64,000 bases of DNA from Candidatus Sumerlaeales bacterium (GTDB taxonomy: Bacteria; Sumerlaeota; Sumerlaeia; Sumerlaeales; Sumerlaeaceae): assembly GCA_038243585.1 (NCBI GenBank), contig JBBSQY010000003.1, positions 67,703 to 131,702 on the forward strand. The letters run 5' to 3'. The notes below the pieces were generated by a model, which was not told the DNA's origin, searched no databases, and saw only the letters and a program-made list of their open reading frames with translations. Made by a program: the position numbers and the translations under genes. Positions 27,801 to 36,099 of the stretch are shown here, piece after piece. Each line of letters begins with the position of its first letter. Position 1 is the first letter of the stretch.

Positions 27801-30735
27801 CCTGGGCGTGGACGTCTGATTTCTTCTCTTGTCCCGAAAGGATTGCTAAGAGAGTATCCTGATCAGCGGCAGTGAAAAGGTTTTTTGATACCACCTGCTG
27901 TAGGGTCGCAAGAGAATGCTTTGCATCCCCCGCTTTAAGATATGCGGCCGCGGCGGCGGAAAAAGCCAGTGCGGCATTCTCAGGCTGGTCAATGGCAAAT
28001 AACGCCGCCCCAAGAGCCTCGTGGGCTTCTGCGCTGTCCGGGGCGACGCGCGTCCGTTCCTTCGCCCATCGTACCGCAGTCTGAGGTGGCCCTGATGCGG
28101 CAAACAGTGATGTAAGTTCCTCGGCTGCAGCCTGCGCGACGGGAACAAGCCCGGTAGCTTCGCTCGCGTGAAACAGCGCTTCCCAGGAAGCCGCAGAAGT
28201 TGGGCCTGCGACTTGAGCGGAATTCGTGCATCGGACAGCGCTTTCCGTATCGCCCTGCAGAGAATACGCTGTAGCGGCTTCGGCATACGCCTTGGCGGCG
28301 GCGTCACTTGCGCCGGTGATTTTGCATACCTCGCCATACTGCTCACTAATCTGAGGAATCTGCGGTGCAGAGGCGGCGGCCAGCTTCAGGACCTCGCCGG
28401 CGCTTTTCCAGTCACCCTGCATTGAGAGGCGTCCGGCTTGCCGAGCGCGGAGTTGAGCGACCCCTTCGGCTGCATCTAGTATTTCCAGAGATTCAATTGC
28501 ATCTTTAATGAAAGCATCATCATCAGGATACAGATCGGCATAGGCGAGATAGCCAGTTGCCGCTAACGCAGGATCAGTCTCCGCCCGCGTTGCTCGCAAT
28601 AGTTCATCGGTCAGCGGAGCGGCCTCATCCGGCGTCAGAAGCTCCACGGCCAGCATGGCCTGAATTGCTAATGCTTGAACAGAATCGGGATTTAGCGTGA
28701 CGGATTCGCGAGCAAACTGCAGGGCCGTCTCAAAATCTCCAGACGCGCGCAGGGTGGTCGCCACAGAGGAATACTGTTCCGCTGCCTCTGCCGATCGACC
28801 AAGGGACGACAGAAGAAAAGCAATGTCTGAAGGTGCTGACGGATGTGAAGGATCAAGAACCGCCATGCGCCGCGCCGCCTTAAGCGCAGACTCGGCATCC
28901 TCTTCAGCGAACCCCTGGATAACGTTTTGATAGATCAGCCCGACAAGATCCGTTCGTGATACCTGCTCTCCCTGCATGATAAGGCGAGGCGCGGCCTGCC
29001 CATATTCCGAAAGGCTGCCGGCTATAAACTCCAGTATTTCCACTGCTGCGTCGACTTGACCATTATTAAGGAGAGACTGAATGGAGTCAGCTGCCGCTTC
29101 TGCTCCCTGTGCAGGAGAAAGTTGATAAAGAAGCTGAACGTAACGTCGATGATTTTCCAGCTCTGTCGGAGACAGGCGAACCATCAGTTCATAAATATCT
29201 ACGCGTTCTTCCGGGCGAGCCGTTTCCTCTGCGGAAGCATAAAGTAGCCGAAGTTGATCCAAAGCAATATCTGCCGCATTATGATTCGCCAGCGACGCCA
29301 CCATTTGAAGTTTTAATGGCAGAGATATGTCTTTTGAGATTCCGTCCAGCAAAAGTGCTGAGGCATCATTTGCCTGATCGGAGGAATATAGGATTTCCGC
29401 AAGATCAATCATTTCAAAGGCGGCGCGTTGGTCCTGATCCATGGCCTGAAATTCGAGAATCAGCCGACGTCGCAGCGACGCGTCGGCAGGCAACAAAAAT
29501 TTCGCCCGAAGCAGAAGGTCTGCAGCGCGCTCGTGCAACCCGGTCGAAGCGGCTATTTTAGCTCCTTCCGCTAAGTACACGGCCGCTTCGGTCCCACGTT
29601 CCTGGTCGAGAAGCACGCGAGCCAACAGTTCTCTCGCATCAATGTTGTCCGGTTCACGTTCAAGCCAGCTATTTACGGTAGAGACCGCGAAGCCAAATTC
29701 CTGTTGATCAATCTGCTGATTTACTGCGCGAAAAGTATGGTCTCTCGCTTTATCGATGTTGCCAAAATCCGCCAGATGCCGGGCCAGATCCAACCGGGCG
29801 CGAATGTTTTCGCCATTAAACTGGATGACTTTTTCCAGTAGTTCTATGCCTTTTTCGGTGAGTCCCGCAGCTAAATAGGATTTCGCTGCGTTATCATATT
29901 GCCGGGATGCACCGCGTACATTGTGCTGCTGTTCGTACAATCCTGCGAGTTTAATTGGGAGATCCGTACGGGTCGGGGCCTTTTCAACCAACTGTTCAAG
30001 GAGTCCGATGTTATCCAGGTGACGATTTGTTCCTTCGCGGATCTCCACGATTTTTTCCATGCGCTCGATGGCCAGATCATTGTCGCCGCGTCCCTCTGCG
30101 ACTTTGACCCGCATAAAAAGCAGATCTTCATTATCAGGAAATCGCTGGATAGCATCATTAACAAGTGCCTCCGCGTCATCGAGGCGCTGAGCGGACAGGT
30201 AGTATTCGACAATCTTCGAGTACTCTTCAGCGGCGGCTTGAGGGTCTCCCATTTCCGCCTGAATGGAGGCGAGAATGACTCTGGCCTCCGGAAGGTCAGG
30301 CGAGACGGAGATAAGTTCCCGCAACAGCGACTCTGCTTCCGTTAAATCACCGCGATCCCTGGCCGACCTTGCGTCATTTAAATAGGACTCGACAAGATGA
30401 TCTTTCCAGTTTGGGTCCATCTCCAGACCCATCTGCTCTGCCAATTCAATAGCGGCGGAAAGAAGTGATAACTCTTTAGCGAGGGCGTAAAGTTCAATAA
30501 AAGAGCCGCCCGAGTAGCCCGGGCAGGTCTTGATCGTGCATCGAAATGCATGCCTTTCACTATCAACCAGCAAAGATCTGAAGCGCGAATCTTTGTGGAT
30601 GGGACAGAATGCCTTTAGTGTATCTCCGGCATGCTGCACCTTTTCCGAATGGAATCCAATCGCATCCAGCACAGCCACGGCGTTTACGTGAGCGTTGATA
30701 TCCTCGACGAGAGTAATGGCAAATTCAGTACTCAA
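21886..30735 (-). CDS. Giant (2949 aa) TPR-repeat protein with N-terminal CHC2-type (DnaG-like) zinc finger
   Basis: Uninterrupted 8.85-kb ORF. Residues 44-71 are CPIH-x18-C-x4-C in a primase ZBD-like context. The rest is tandem TPR-like repeats with P-D/P-N turns. Confidence 0.88.
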   Translation of the reverse strand: MSTEFAITLVEDINAHVNAVAVLDAIGFHSEKVQHAGDTLKAFCPIHKDSRFRSLLVDSERHAFRCTIKTCPGYSGGSFIELYALAKELSLLSAAIELAEQMGLEMDPNWKDHLVESYLNDARSARDRGDLTEAESLLRELISVSPDLPEARVILASIQAEMGDPQAAAEEYSKIVEYYLSAQRLDDAEALVNDAIQRFPDNEDLLFMRVKVAEGRGDNDLAIERMEKIVEIREGTNRHLDNIGLLEQLVEKAPTRTDLPIKLAGLYEQQHNVRGASRQYDNAAKSYLAAGLTEKGIELLEKVIQFNGENIRARLDLARHLADFGNIDKARDHTFRAVNQQIDQQEFGFAVSTVNSWLEREPDNIDARELLARVLLDQERGTEAAVYLAEGAKIAASTGLHERAADLLLRAKFLLPADASLRRRLILEFQAMDQDQRAAFEMIDLAEILYSSDQANDASALLLDGISKDISLPLKLQMVASLANHNAADIALDQLRLLYASAEETARPEERVDIYELMVRLSPTELENHRRYVQLLYQLSPAQGAEAAADSIQSLLNNGQVDAAVEILEFIAGSLSEYGQAAPRLIMQGEQVSRTDLVGLIYQNVIQGFAEEDAESALKAARRMAVLDPSHPSAPSDIAFLLSSLGRSAEAAEQYSSVATTLRASGDFETALQFARESVTLNPDSVQALAIQAMLAVELLTPDEAAPLTDELLRATRAETDPALAATGYLAYADLYPDDDAFIKDAIESLEILDAAEGVAQLRARQAGRLSMQGDWKSAGEVLKLAAASAPQIPQISEQYGEVCKITGASDAAAKAYAEAATAYSLQGDTESAVRCTNSAQVAGPTSAASWEALFHASEATGLVPVAQAAAEELTSLFAASGPPQTAVRWAKERTRVAPDSAEAHEALGAALFAIDQPENAALAFSAAAAAYLKAGDAKHSLATLQQVVSKNLFTAADQDTLLAILSGQEKKSDVHAQASRLLGVTFAQTGNFDAARKLAADLSDHAAKAGLYLTIAAAEQDPEKATEAYVQSARASKSAGATEESITTLQSAVALGVAPFEVHRLLAILLTEAKRYTEAFPHQIQLVHKFTADKSPQLAALLKHLRKIHGADVNALIELATALLSEARPDLALTDLEAAATIAGADNNASALIAICGLDENLTRQSGVLTSARADALMGMENEQQALTWVADSGRNLLESGKAAEALEMARRWTSLAGTNPEAHRLLADANIELGKSADAINALLEVSRLLQQSRQFNAALEVLDQILDMSPALLAALRHKVEVQKALEQPEHAAVTLADIGDTFAASDDSVGAMAAYRESLTLHPDNPDVLWTLAELVHKIEGSPAALPLYRQWANQRRDSVDENQWIADLIRLVETIPASTALLRDLTDAQMKTERPMEALPYLKQLSNLLEAEGDYQGAAQTLEAAIAHESAADPLEHLIIADLYRKGNSPARAQDHLRHAGRILQDSGKPADAAQVFDDLLKLAGDSALPEDYSIAAAAHSKAGNSDSAVKLIDIALSELDKHSGNKSRREALLAQAIEIAPLNADYVVRHMDMLPPARAMTRGLKSARARTAACHSDDAISVLTQVIALAPHDMSLRQELFEPLRLTGNRNRLRQELMTLASDALASGDTDAAIEAMDEAAGLVSTAQQYRLLAELNERSRRLDQATAQFMTAALLFSEDGKSEQAIANVNRAISAKPSAIPAESIATLVRRLGDDVYDVAREQLRSALTARRQKQSQIIALALLDTTTPARGLEIFKTIHTLGGSTFLVGIAHQRVKSLADQNKLSEALDIATTLLDIAPDSADTWYLAAQVFRQSEMLSDARRSALEAARLFSMSGAVSEEEDCYLEALAAEPDNLYVKATLADYFVREKRQEEAVALLQEVIVSAEQMNNTDLLLEALNRVVQLAPGNTDLREKLATRLESIAPDSAIDNWLQTAELFQQAEHHERVRRIYAHVLTLQPGNETALQALLNDARDNGDLEAMGKLTGKLADVKASRRNVGEACRLLQSYLQLDPDNLEILEQLASLSGKSNDVEVFTTTTRALATKFQKLGDHTSALRQYERLLERSPRDTALLSKLLDCCAGAGNSEKGLLYARQLLAVARETEDPERIRLAAVTILNYDNSDAAAHNDLGESLLSLNRVSEAVAEWMRAAELYEGAGETAYAFTCYRRVTQISPGTVQAWRHLGELAISIGDMETARMSVFHVMDKATSTEAQRVAPLLAKLVQALPEDRHVHQTALEFYRKTENHDKGAEEYIWLADHENKAGNSELAESLLAEGTNWVPSNQQLKQAHYDMIRQMGRLEELQLRLRREAEEHEKQGRQEEAISVLYELVDLAPGQIALHRDLARSLNNAHRPEEAIEQHLHIVRILLERAELEEARDQAEALVEQYPENIPCRERIADMLAASSYPDLAARYYRAAADAALGAKDTERRIELLNKAVKFRPAWAEARKTLAQACEEAGMQQEAFDAWLGLIPSLLDSGEFSEATATLDRLSRQQPDSPEVREQLAELYEKTGNRDQQADVLRELVDIYEKANRDLEGLEAYRKLASIVPDDPAILTRYVELLSQVESPEKNMPQEYGKLADALERRGDFEGALQTYEQILGMAPDNTAARSRYATFLLSRGSRNRALSEMRTLANLYMDRHEPSAAVEVLNAALTISPRDADLCLALAASQEAAGMHEDARVSYSRATAILASTAAVKGIDTYRRILTQDENNTAVRQRLVELLLNSGDTMEAARQARILAEVHLNRGEMLEAENAYRIVDQCEPETVDDVRDAIRRDSYDPSLQYVHYVRLGNRQFDAGDIDNALDSFRTARSLHDDQPELIQKCIDCISLIAPEAEAIPDYLLMAEKLLLSGEMLRARLAYEQVRLIDPFNNDARGGLESVNAAENINSKANKPTEDDHVLKASRSVNKRVALMDLLVACREAALDPSDSKKLGQ

Positions 30736-30822
30736 ACCACCGCCCGCGCGAGAGAAAGAATAGATAATCCAAAGTATGCGAAAACATCACAGCTGAGCTT
30801 TGTCCTGCTAATTAGAACGATT

Positions 30823-33321
30823 TCAAGCCTCCGAGATGCGGATGTTGTCCAGGTACAACGTTCCTGTAGTAGCGAGGTTGTCGCGGATTGACAGCGTGTT
30901 AAAATACTCGGGGGCGACCGGGAGTTTGCTGCCTTTAACAACCTGATCATCGTCAACCCAGGCATCTAGCAATCCCTCAACGAGATCAATTTCGTATTTT
31001 AAATGGCGCCAGGTTTCCATCTGGTAGGGAACGGCTTCACCCTGAACTCTCAAAGATGCAGGACCATTGGGGTCAAGCTGATGTACGATTGTATGCACCG
31101 ACTGCTTGAAATCCTCATCTTTTTCCAGATAAATGCCGAGCAGAAACTTGTTCTTATCGTCGCAGCGAACATCCAGTTCCAGCGTAACCCGACCCTTAGC
31201 CGGAGGGAAGCTTAAATGATATGTCGCGCTGCCTACGCCCTCCATTTTTTCATACATCAGGCATTTTGCGTGTCCTGCTTCTGCAAGATTCGCGACAGAT
31301 AAGGTGGAATAATCGTATTCTCCACGCCAGTCTGATGGTGAAGACCCCTCCGTTTCTTCATCGAAGCTCTGTTGAAAGACGATCTGTTCTGTTGAACCGG
31401 ACGCGGCGATTGCGCCTGCCGCAGACACGGCTGGCTCCAGGCTTTCAGGGACCGATTCGGATTCCTGCGAGGCGTCGCTAAAGCTGCCTCTTAACAGGGC
31501 CTCTAAATCGGCGTCCATGGAGCTGGTGACCTTTGCCGGCGTATTGTCTAACACAGGCGCTGCTGTTGGAAGGACAGGTTCTTCGTCGAAGTTGATGGAT
31601 ACAACCTCATCAGAGGGTGCGATCGTGCTTGCTGGCTCGGCGGATGATTCCGGTGAGATGTCGAAGGCACCAATTGAAACCATGTCGTTATCTTCGACCG
31701 GCGGGCTAGGGGCGGGAACTGGCGCAGGTTTGGCCAGTTCTTCCTCCTCGTCTTCGCTGTCATCCATAAGCGTAAAACCAGCCATTCCAGCAGCGCCCGC
31801 CATGGCAGGGCCGCCTGCCGGGGGGGATGTCATATTTACTGGCTGGCTGGTGATCCCCGCGGGAGTAGAATTAGAAGTCGCGTTGTAGCCACCGTCAGCG
31901 GCTAACGGGTCAATAAAATCCGGTCCGGAGGACGACAATCCGGCGGTTGACGGTAAGTTTTTTACGTTAACTTTTCGCCCTCTTGACTTCATCCAGATAA
32001 GAATAAGGATTAAAGCGATAAAAGCGCCAGCTCCGTAGAGAACAGGCTTGTTTTGCATCAACGCTGCAACACCGTCCGCGCTTTCTGATGACGCAGCGGG
32101 CTGGCGGGCTTCACCGAGGGCCGCCACTTTGCTGCGGGCTTCTCCATTGGTGGTGTCCAATGCCAGCACCTGGCGATATTTTTGAAGGGCTTCGTCATTA
32201 TTACCGGCGGTTTCCGAAGCACGAGCCTCGTTAAGCAGTTGTTGAACCTGCGCCGGATCGACGGAAGTTGAACTAGGTGCGGCCGCCGAAGTGACGATCG
32301 GGGTGCCGCCGGATTTCGCGATCTCTAAAGCCTTCACTCGACTTGCGAGGTAAATATCGTTAGAATCAAGCTGCCTAACATCCGCCAGTGCTTTTTCCGC
32401 GAAATCATAATTACGGTCTGCCATGGCACGCTCAAAGTCACGGTATAACGTAAATATCTGCTGCATTTTTTCACGGTCAGCGGATCGGCTGGTTTCCTGC
32501 CTGCTTACAATCGCTTTTTGATTTTCCGGCAGGTTCTGAATGGTTTCCCGCAACTGCTGAACCTCAGCAGCCGACGCTTCGCCGGATTCCACTTTTTCCG
32601 CCATTTCGAGTACCTGGCGAGTTTGCGTCTGCTCAGACTGCGATAAGCTACTTAGGTCTGCAGATGCGGGGTTCGCAGTATTTGGGCCGCGGAGCCTGTC
32701 ACGATTCACCACACTCGCCAAAGCAAAGCCGGCTTCATTGACCTGCGTCAATAAAGCGTTGGCGTCCGCCTTACGGTTAAACGTACCAAGCATCAGCATG
32801 TGGCGGCCATTTTCCTGGACCACGTCTACGTTGACAAATCCCTCATCTGCCAGAACCTCGCTTGCTCCTTCAGCTTCTGCCGCGGATCCGAACTCGGCCA
32901 CCTGTACCCGAAACACAGATTCCCCACCGCCTGCTGCGGGCGTAGTGCCATCCACAATACCTGAGGGGGTATAGCCGCCGCTTCTCAGCTTTTCCATTAC
33001 AGCATTTGCCGCATCGCGAGAAGCGAGACCACCAATCACTACATCAAAAGTGCCTTCTCCCGATGTCCGGGTTTCAGCTGCCACAAAATCTTCTTTTACC
33101 AGTTCGCTCTTTAAAGAGTTCGCTGTAGCCTCGGTTAGTTTTGGCGCGACAACCACACTGAAATTGCCTGATCCCCCTGCCGCTCCCGAAGGGGCCTGAC
33201 CCCCGCGAGGATTACTTCCACCAGAAGCGGCAGACTGAGCCGCGCAGGTGGAAATGGGGCCAATACATTGACCAATCAATGCAAGGCCGCTGAGACAGGT
33301 GCAAAAGGATTTCAGATTCAA
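30823..33321 (-). CDS. SPOR-SPOR-TPR single-pass membrane protein with acidic linker and C-terminal ConA/LamG-like domain
   Basis: TTG start after AGGAG. Signal peptide, two SPOR-like units (FRVQVAEF...ML-GTFNRKADA), TPR (QKYRQVLALDTTNGEA), TM VLYGAGAFIALILILIWM followed by KSRGRK, acidic/Pro region, beta-sandwich ending LYLDNIRI. Confidence 0.8.
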   Translation of the reverse strand: MNLKSFCTCLSGLALIGQCIGPISTCAAQSAASGGSNPRGGQAPSGAAGGSGNFSVVVAPKLTEATANSLKSELVKEDFVAAETRTSGEGTFDVVIGGLASRDAANAVMEKLRSGGYTPSGIVDGTTPAAGGGESVFRVQVAEFGSAAEAEGASEVLADEGFVNVDVVQENGRHMLMLGTFNRKADANALLTQVNEAGFALASVVNRDRLRGPNTANPASADLSSLSQSEQTQTRQVLEMAEKVESGEASAAEVQQLRETIQNLPENQKAIVSRQETSRSADREKMQQIFTLYRDFERAMADRNYDFAEKALADVRQLDSNDIYLASRVKALEIAKSGGTPIVTSAAAPSSTSVDPAQVQQLLNEARASETAGNNDEALQKYRQVLALDTTNGEARSKVAALGEARQPAASSESADGVAALMQNKPVLYGAGAFIALILILIWMKSRGRKVNVKNLPSTAGLSSSGPDFIDPLAADGGYNATSNSTPAGITSQPVNMTSPPAGGPAMAGAAGMAGFTLMDDSEDEEEELAKPAPVPAPSPPVEDNDMVSIGAFDISPESSAEPASTIAPSDEVVSINFDEEPVLPTAAPVLDNTPAKVTSSMDADLEALLRGSFSDASQESESVPESLEPAVSAAGAIAASGSTEQIVFQQSFDEETEGSSPSDWRGEYDYSTLSVANLAEAGHAKCLMYEKMEGVGSATYHLSFPPAKGRVTLELDVRCDDKNKFLLGIYLEKDEDFKQSVHTIVHQLDPNGPASLRVQGEAVPYQMETWRHLKYEIDLVEGLLDAWVDDDQVVKGSKLPVAPEYFNTLSIRDNLATTGTLYLDNIRISEA

Positions 33322-33450
33322 GGGGCAAGTCTCCTATAATGGTGAACGGGTGTCTGGTACAGATTAAACGCATGGAACAATGCGCGTGGAAGTTAACACG
33401 GGTCAACAATTTACTCGTTAATAAAACGAAAATCCCGCAGTGATGCTATG

Positions 33451-34437
33451 TCAAAATTTTTCGCAACCCTCCGGACGATTCCATCGAGACTCCGGGTTAA
33501 AGTGCTTCCAAAGAAGTTCTGATGTTTTTCCAATGGCGCGTTCGGCTTCGTTTGAGGAGTTCCAAGATTTGTCTTTGTTGTCTTTCGTATATACAGTCAG
33601 TATATAGACGCCACTAGGGGATGCGATGATGGCAGTGTCAGACCGGGAATCGCTGACTGAACCGCCTTTGCTGCCTACATAAGTCATCGGTGGTATTGCA
33701 CCGGGTATGCCGCCGTCAAAATACTGGTGTCCCAGTAGTCTCAGCATCTCATCGGTTGTACTGGTAGTTCCGGCCTCTCCAGACACAATCATTTCCAATA
33801 GAAGCCCTATCTCTCTGGGTGTCGTGCGGCCCAGTCCCCATATTTTTCTTCCATCAGGATCAGAAACGCTTGATCCGCCGACCGTGGAAAAAATGCGAGT
33901 CTTGTCAAACCCGTTGCGTGATAACCATCCGTTTACTACATCAAGACCGATCCACTCGCAAAGCATATTCGTAGCGATATTGTCGCTTACGGTAATCATC
34001 AGGTGCATCAATTCTTTTAATTCCAGCTGTGTTTTATCTTTGTAGTTTTGTATGAATCCCGATCCGCCGAAACTTTTCGCGGCGTCGTAGGGGATCTTGT
34101 CATAGTAGGAATTGTAAGGCCCTGTGCCTTTTGCGAGTAAATCAAAAGCGGTCACCATGACGGCCAACTTGATTGTGCTGGCTGTCGGAAATGGCTCGTC
34201 CGCGTTAATCTGAAACGTTTCGCCGTTACCAAGATGTTTGCAGTAGATTCCCATCACGCCCTGATGACCGGCGACGACTTTTTGAAGGTCGCCTAGTACC
34301 CCGTTTTCAAATTGTGTAGTGGCGGAGGTAACAAGGCTTGCCGTAATTAAGGACGAAGATGTTTGTGAGTCCGCGGCGCTAAAACCTGAAGCCGTGACGA
34401 GGCAAAATAAGCCAACGCTGTAAAGAATGCTTTTCAA
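33451..34437 (-). CDS. Serine hydrolase, class A beta-lactamase-like fold
   Basis: FPTASTIK (SxxK), SDNIATN and SKGG (KTG-equivalent). Signal peptide from the TTG at 34437, preceded by GAGGAG. Confidence 0.88.
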   Translation of the reverse strand: MKSILYSVGLFCLVTASGFSAADSQTSSSLITASLVTSATTQFENGVLGDLQKVVAGHQGVMGIYCKHLGNGETFQINADEPFPTASTIKLAVMVTAFDLLAKGTGPYNSYYDKIPYDAAKSFGGSGFIQNYKDKTQLELKELMHLMITVSDNIATNMLCEWIGLDVVNGWLSRNGFDKTRIFSTVGGSSVSDPDGRKIWGLGRTTPREIGLLLEMIVSGEAGTTSTTDEMLRLLGHQYFDGGIPGAIPPMTYVGSKGGSVSDSRSDTAIIASPSGVYILTVYTKDNKDKSWNSSNEAERAIGKTSELLWKHFNPESRWNRPEGCEKF

Positions 34438-34646
34438 AGGGGATTTCTCCTCGTCTAATCTAATGCGGTAAATTGGGTTACAGAAATAGAGATGGCAAGC
34501 ATGGTCTTGAGCCAAAGAAAAATACCCCACGGTTAAAAGTTAAATCACCTAATGCAGTATTGTTAAATTTTTTCATTTCTGTATTGACAAAAATACACAC
34601 GTCTTGTTGGTTCTTTTTAATCAATTGAAAATGAGTAAGGAGTAAA

Positions 34647-36008
34647 ATGATTGCAAAACGGTTAACGGCATGGATTTCCAACGCTGGGATGCTCACGCTT
34701 TTAATGTTACTTGCAGGTTGCTCCGGCGGGCAAACGGAACATCTTCCGCCGGAGGCGATCGACACCGGCGATACCGCGTTTATGTTAATATGCGCCGCGC
34801 TGGTAATGCTGATGACTCCTGCGCTTGGATTATTTTATGGCGGACTCGTTCGCACCAAAAACGTGCTGTCCGTGCTTATGCATTGTTTTACGGCAATGGC
34901 GGTGATTACGGTTGTTTGGGTGTTTCTAGGCTACTCCCTGGCTTTTTCACCGTCCCTTATAATGATTGGGGATTACAGCATTCTCGGGGGGTTCAACTGG
35001 GCATTTCTTGGAGGCCGCAACATAGGCTTGGATCCACACCCGGTGTATTGCCCTACAATTCCTCACCGCCTGTTCATGATTTACCAGTGCATGTTCGCTA
35101 TCATTACCCCGGCGCTAATCTGCGGCGCATTCGCCGAGAGGATGAAGTTTAAAGCCTATTTGGTCTTCATCGTTATCTGGTCCATCATCGTTTACAGCCC
35201 CGTGGCACATTGGGTTTGGAGCGAGAACGGGTGGCTTAAAAAACTTGGTTCCCTGGACTTTGCCGGAGGCACGGTGGTCCATATGACCAGCGGACTGACA
35301 GCCCTGCTGGTTGCAATCATGATCCGTCCTCGCCGCGGGTTTCCGAGGGAGGCTTTTATCCCCCATAATGTTGTCTACACAGTAGTGGGTACTGGTTTGC
35401 TTTGGTTTGGCTGGTTCGGATTTAACGGGGGCAGCGCTATTGGCTCCGGAAAAATCGCAGTAGTTGCATTTGTATCCACCCATTGCGCCGCCGCTGCCGG
35501 GTCGCTCGCATGGGTTCTGTATGATTGGAAGATGCGCGATAAACCAACGTTGCTCGGTGCCGCGTCCGGTGCAGTGGCTGGTTTGGTCGCCATCACTCCC
35601 GCCGCTGGCTTTGTGTCGGCGTCCTCTGGGATTATCATCGGATTGATTGCCGGGCTGGTCTGCGCATGGTTTGTTCAGTGGCGGGCACGTAAAGGCATCG
35701 ACGACGCCTTGGACGCTTTCGGGATCCACGGGGTCGGTGGAACTATCGGCGCCGTATTGACCGGCGTATTTGCAAGCAATTATTTGAATGGTGCTGTTTC
35801 GAAAGATGCCCAGGGCCTGCTGCACGGGGGAGTAACATTATTTAACGCCCAGATGCTAGCGGTTGTAATTACAATTTTGTACACCGTTCCAGTATCATGG
35901 GCCATCTTGAAAATAGTTGATATGACCATCGGACTCCGCGTAACAGAAGAAGAAGAGCAGATCGGTCTTGATCTAACACAGCACGGCGAAGCGGCGTATA
36001 ATTCCTGA
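34647..36008 (+). CDS. amtB: Ammonium transporter
   Basis: DTGDTAF, LFYGG, DFAGGTVVH, LLWFGWFGFNGGS, DDALDAFGIHG, GLDLTQHGE. Both pore histidines are present. Confidence 0.97.
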   Translation: MIAKRLTAWISNAGMLTLLMLLAGCSGGQTEHLPPEAIDTGDTAFMLICAALVMLMTPALGLFYGGLVRTKNVLSVLMHCFTAMAVITVVWVFLGYSLAFSPSLIMIGDYSILGGFNWAFLGGRNIGLDPHPVYCPTIPHRLFMIYQCMFAIITPALICGAFAERMKFKAYLVFIVIWSIIVYSPVAHWVWSENGWLKKLGSLDFAGGTVVHMTSGLTALLVAIMIRPRRGFPREAFIPHNVVYTVVGTGLLWFGWFGFNGGSAIGSGKIAVVAFVSTHCAAAAGSLAWVLYDWKMRDKPTLLGAASGAVAGLVAITPAAGFVSASSGIIIGLIAGLVCAWFVQWRARKGIDDALDAFGIHGVGGTIGAVLTGVFASNYLNGAVSKDAQGLLHGGVTLFNAQMLAVVITILYTVPVSWAILKIVDMTIGLRVTEEEEQIGLDLTQHGEAAYNS

Positions 36009-36099
36009 AAAGAACATATCTATTCTAGTACAGGATTTGTTATAAAAACACCATGAAACACCAGCCACATATTGAGAAACGAAAGCGATAGGAAAACTT

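Noticed and set aside
21886..30735. Giant TPR protein as DNA primase or as an NLR/Avs-type defence protein
   Set aside because: No TOPRIM, P-loop/STAND NTPase or nuclease motif is visible, and the neighbourhood is housekeeping rather than a defence island.
33451..34437. Calling this a bona fide antibiotic-resistance beta-lactamase
   Set aside because: The fold motifs are present, but I cannot identify the class A omega-loop ExxLN and the third motif is KGG. Activity cannot be inferred.
34540..34640. Nitrogen-regulator or sigma54 site upstream of amtB
   Set aside because: AT-rich with a TTGACA and a weak AATGCAG/CTGTATT dyad, but no correctly spaced -10 or GG-N10-GC element that I can support.
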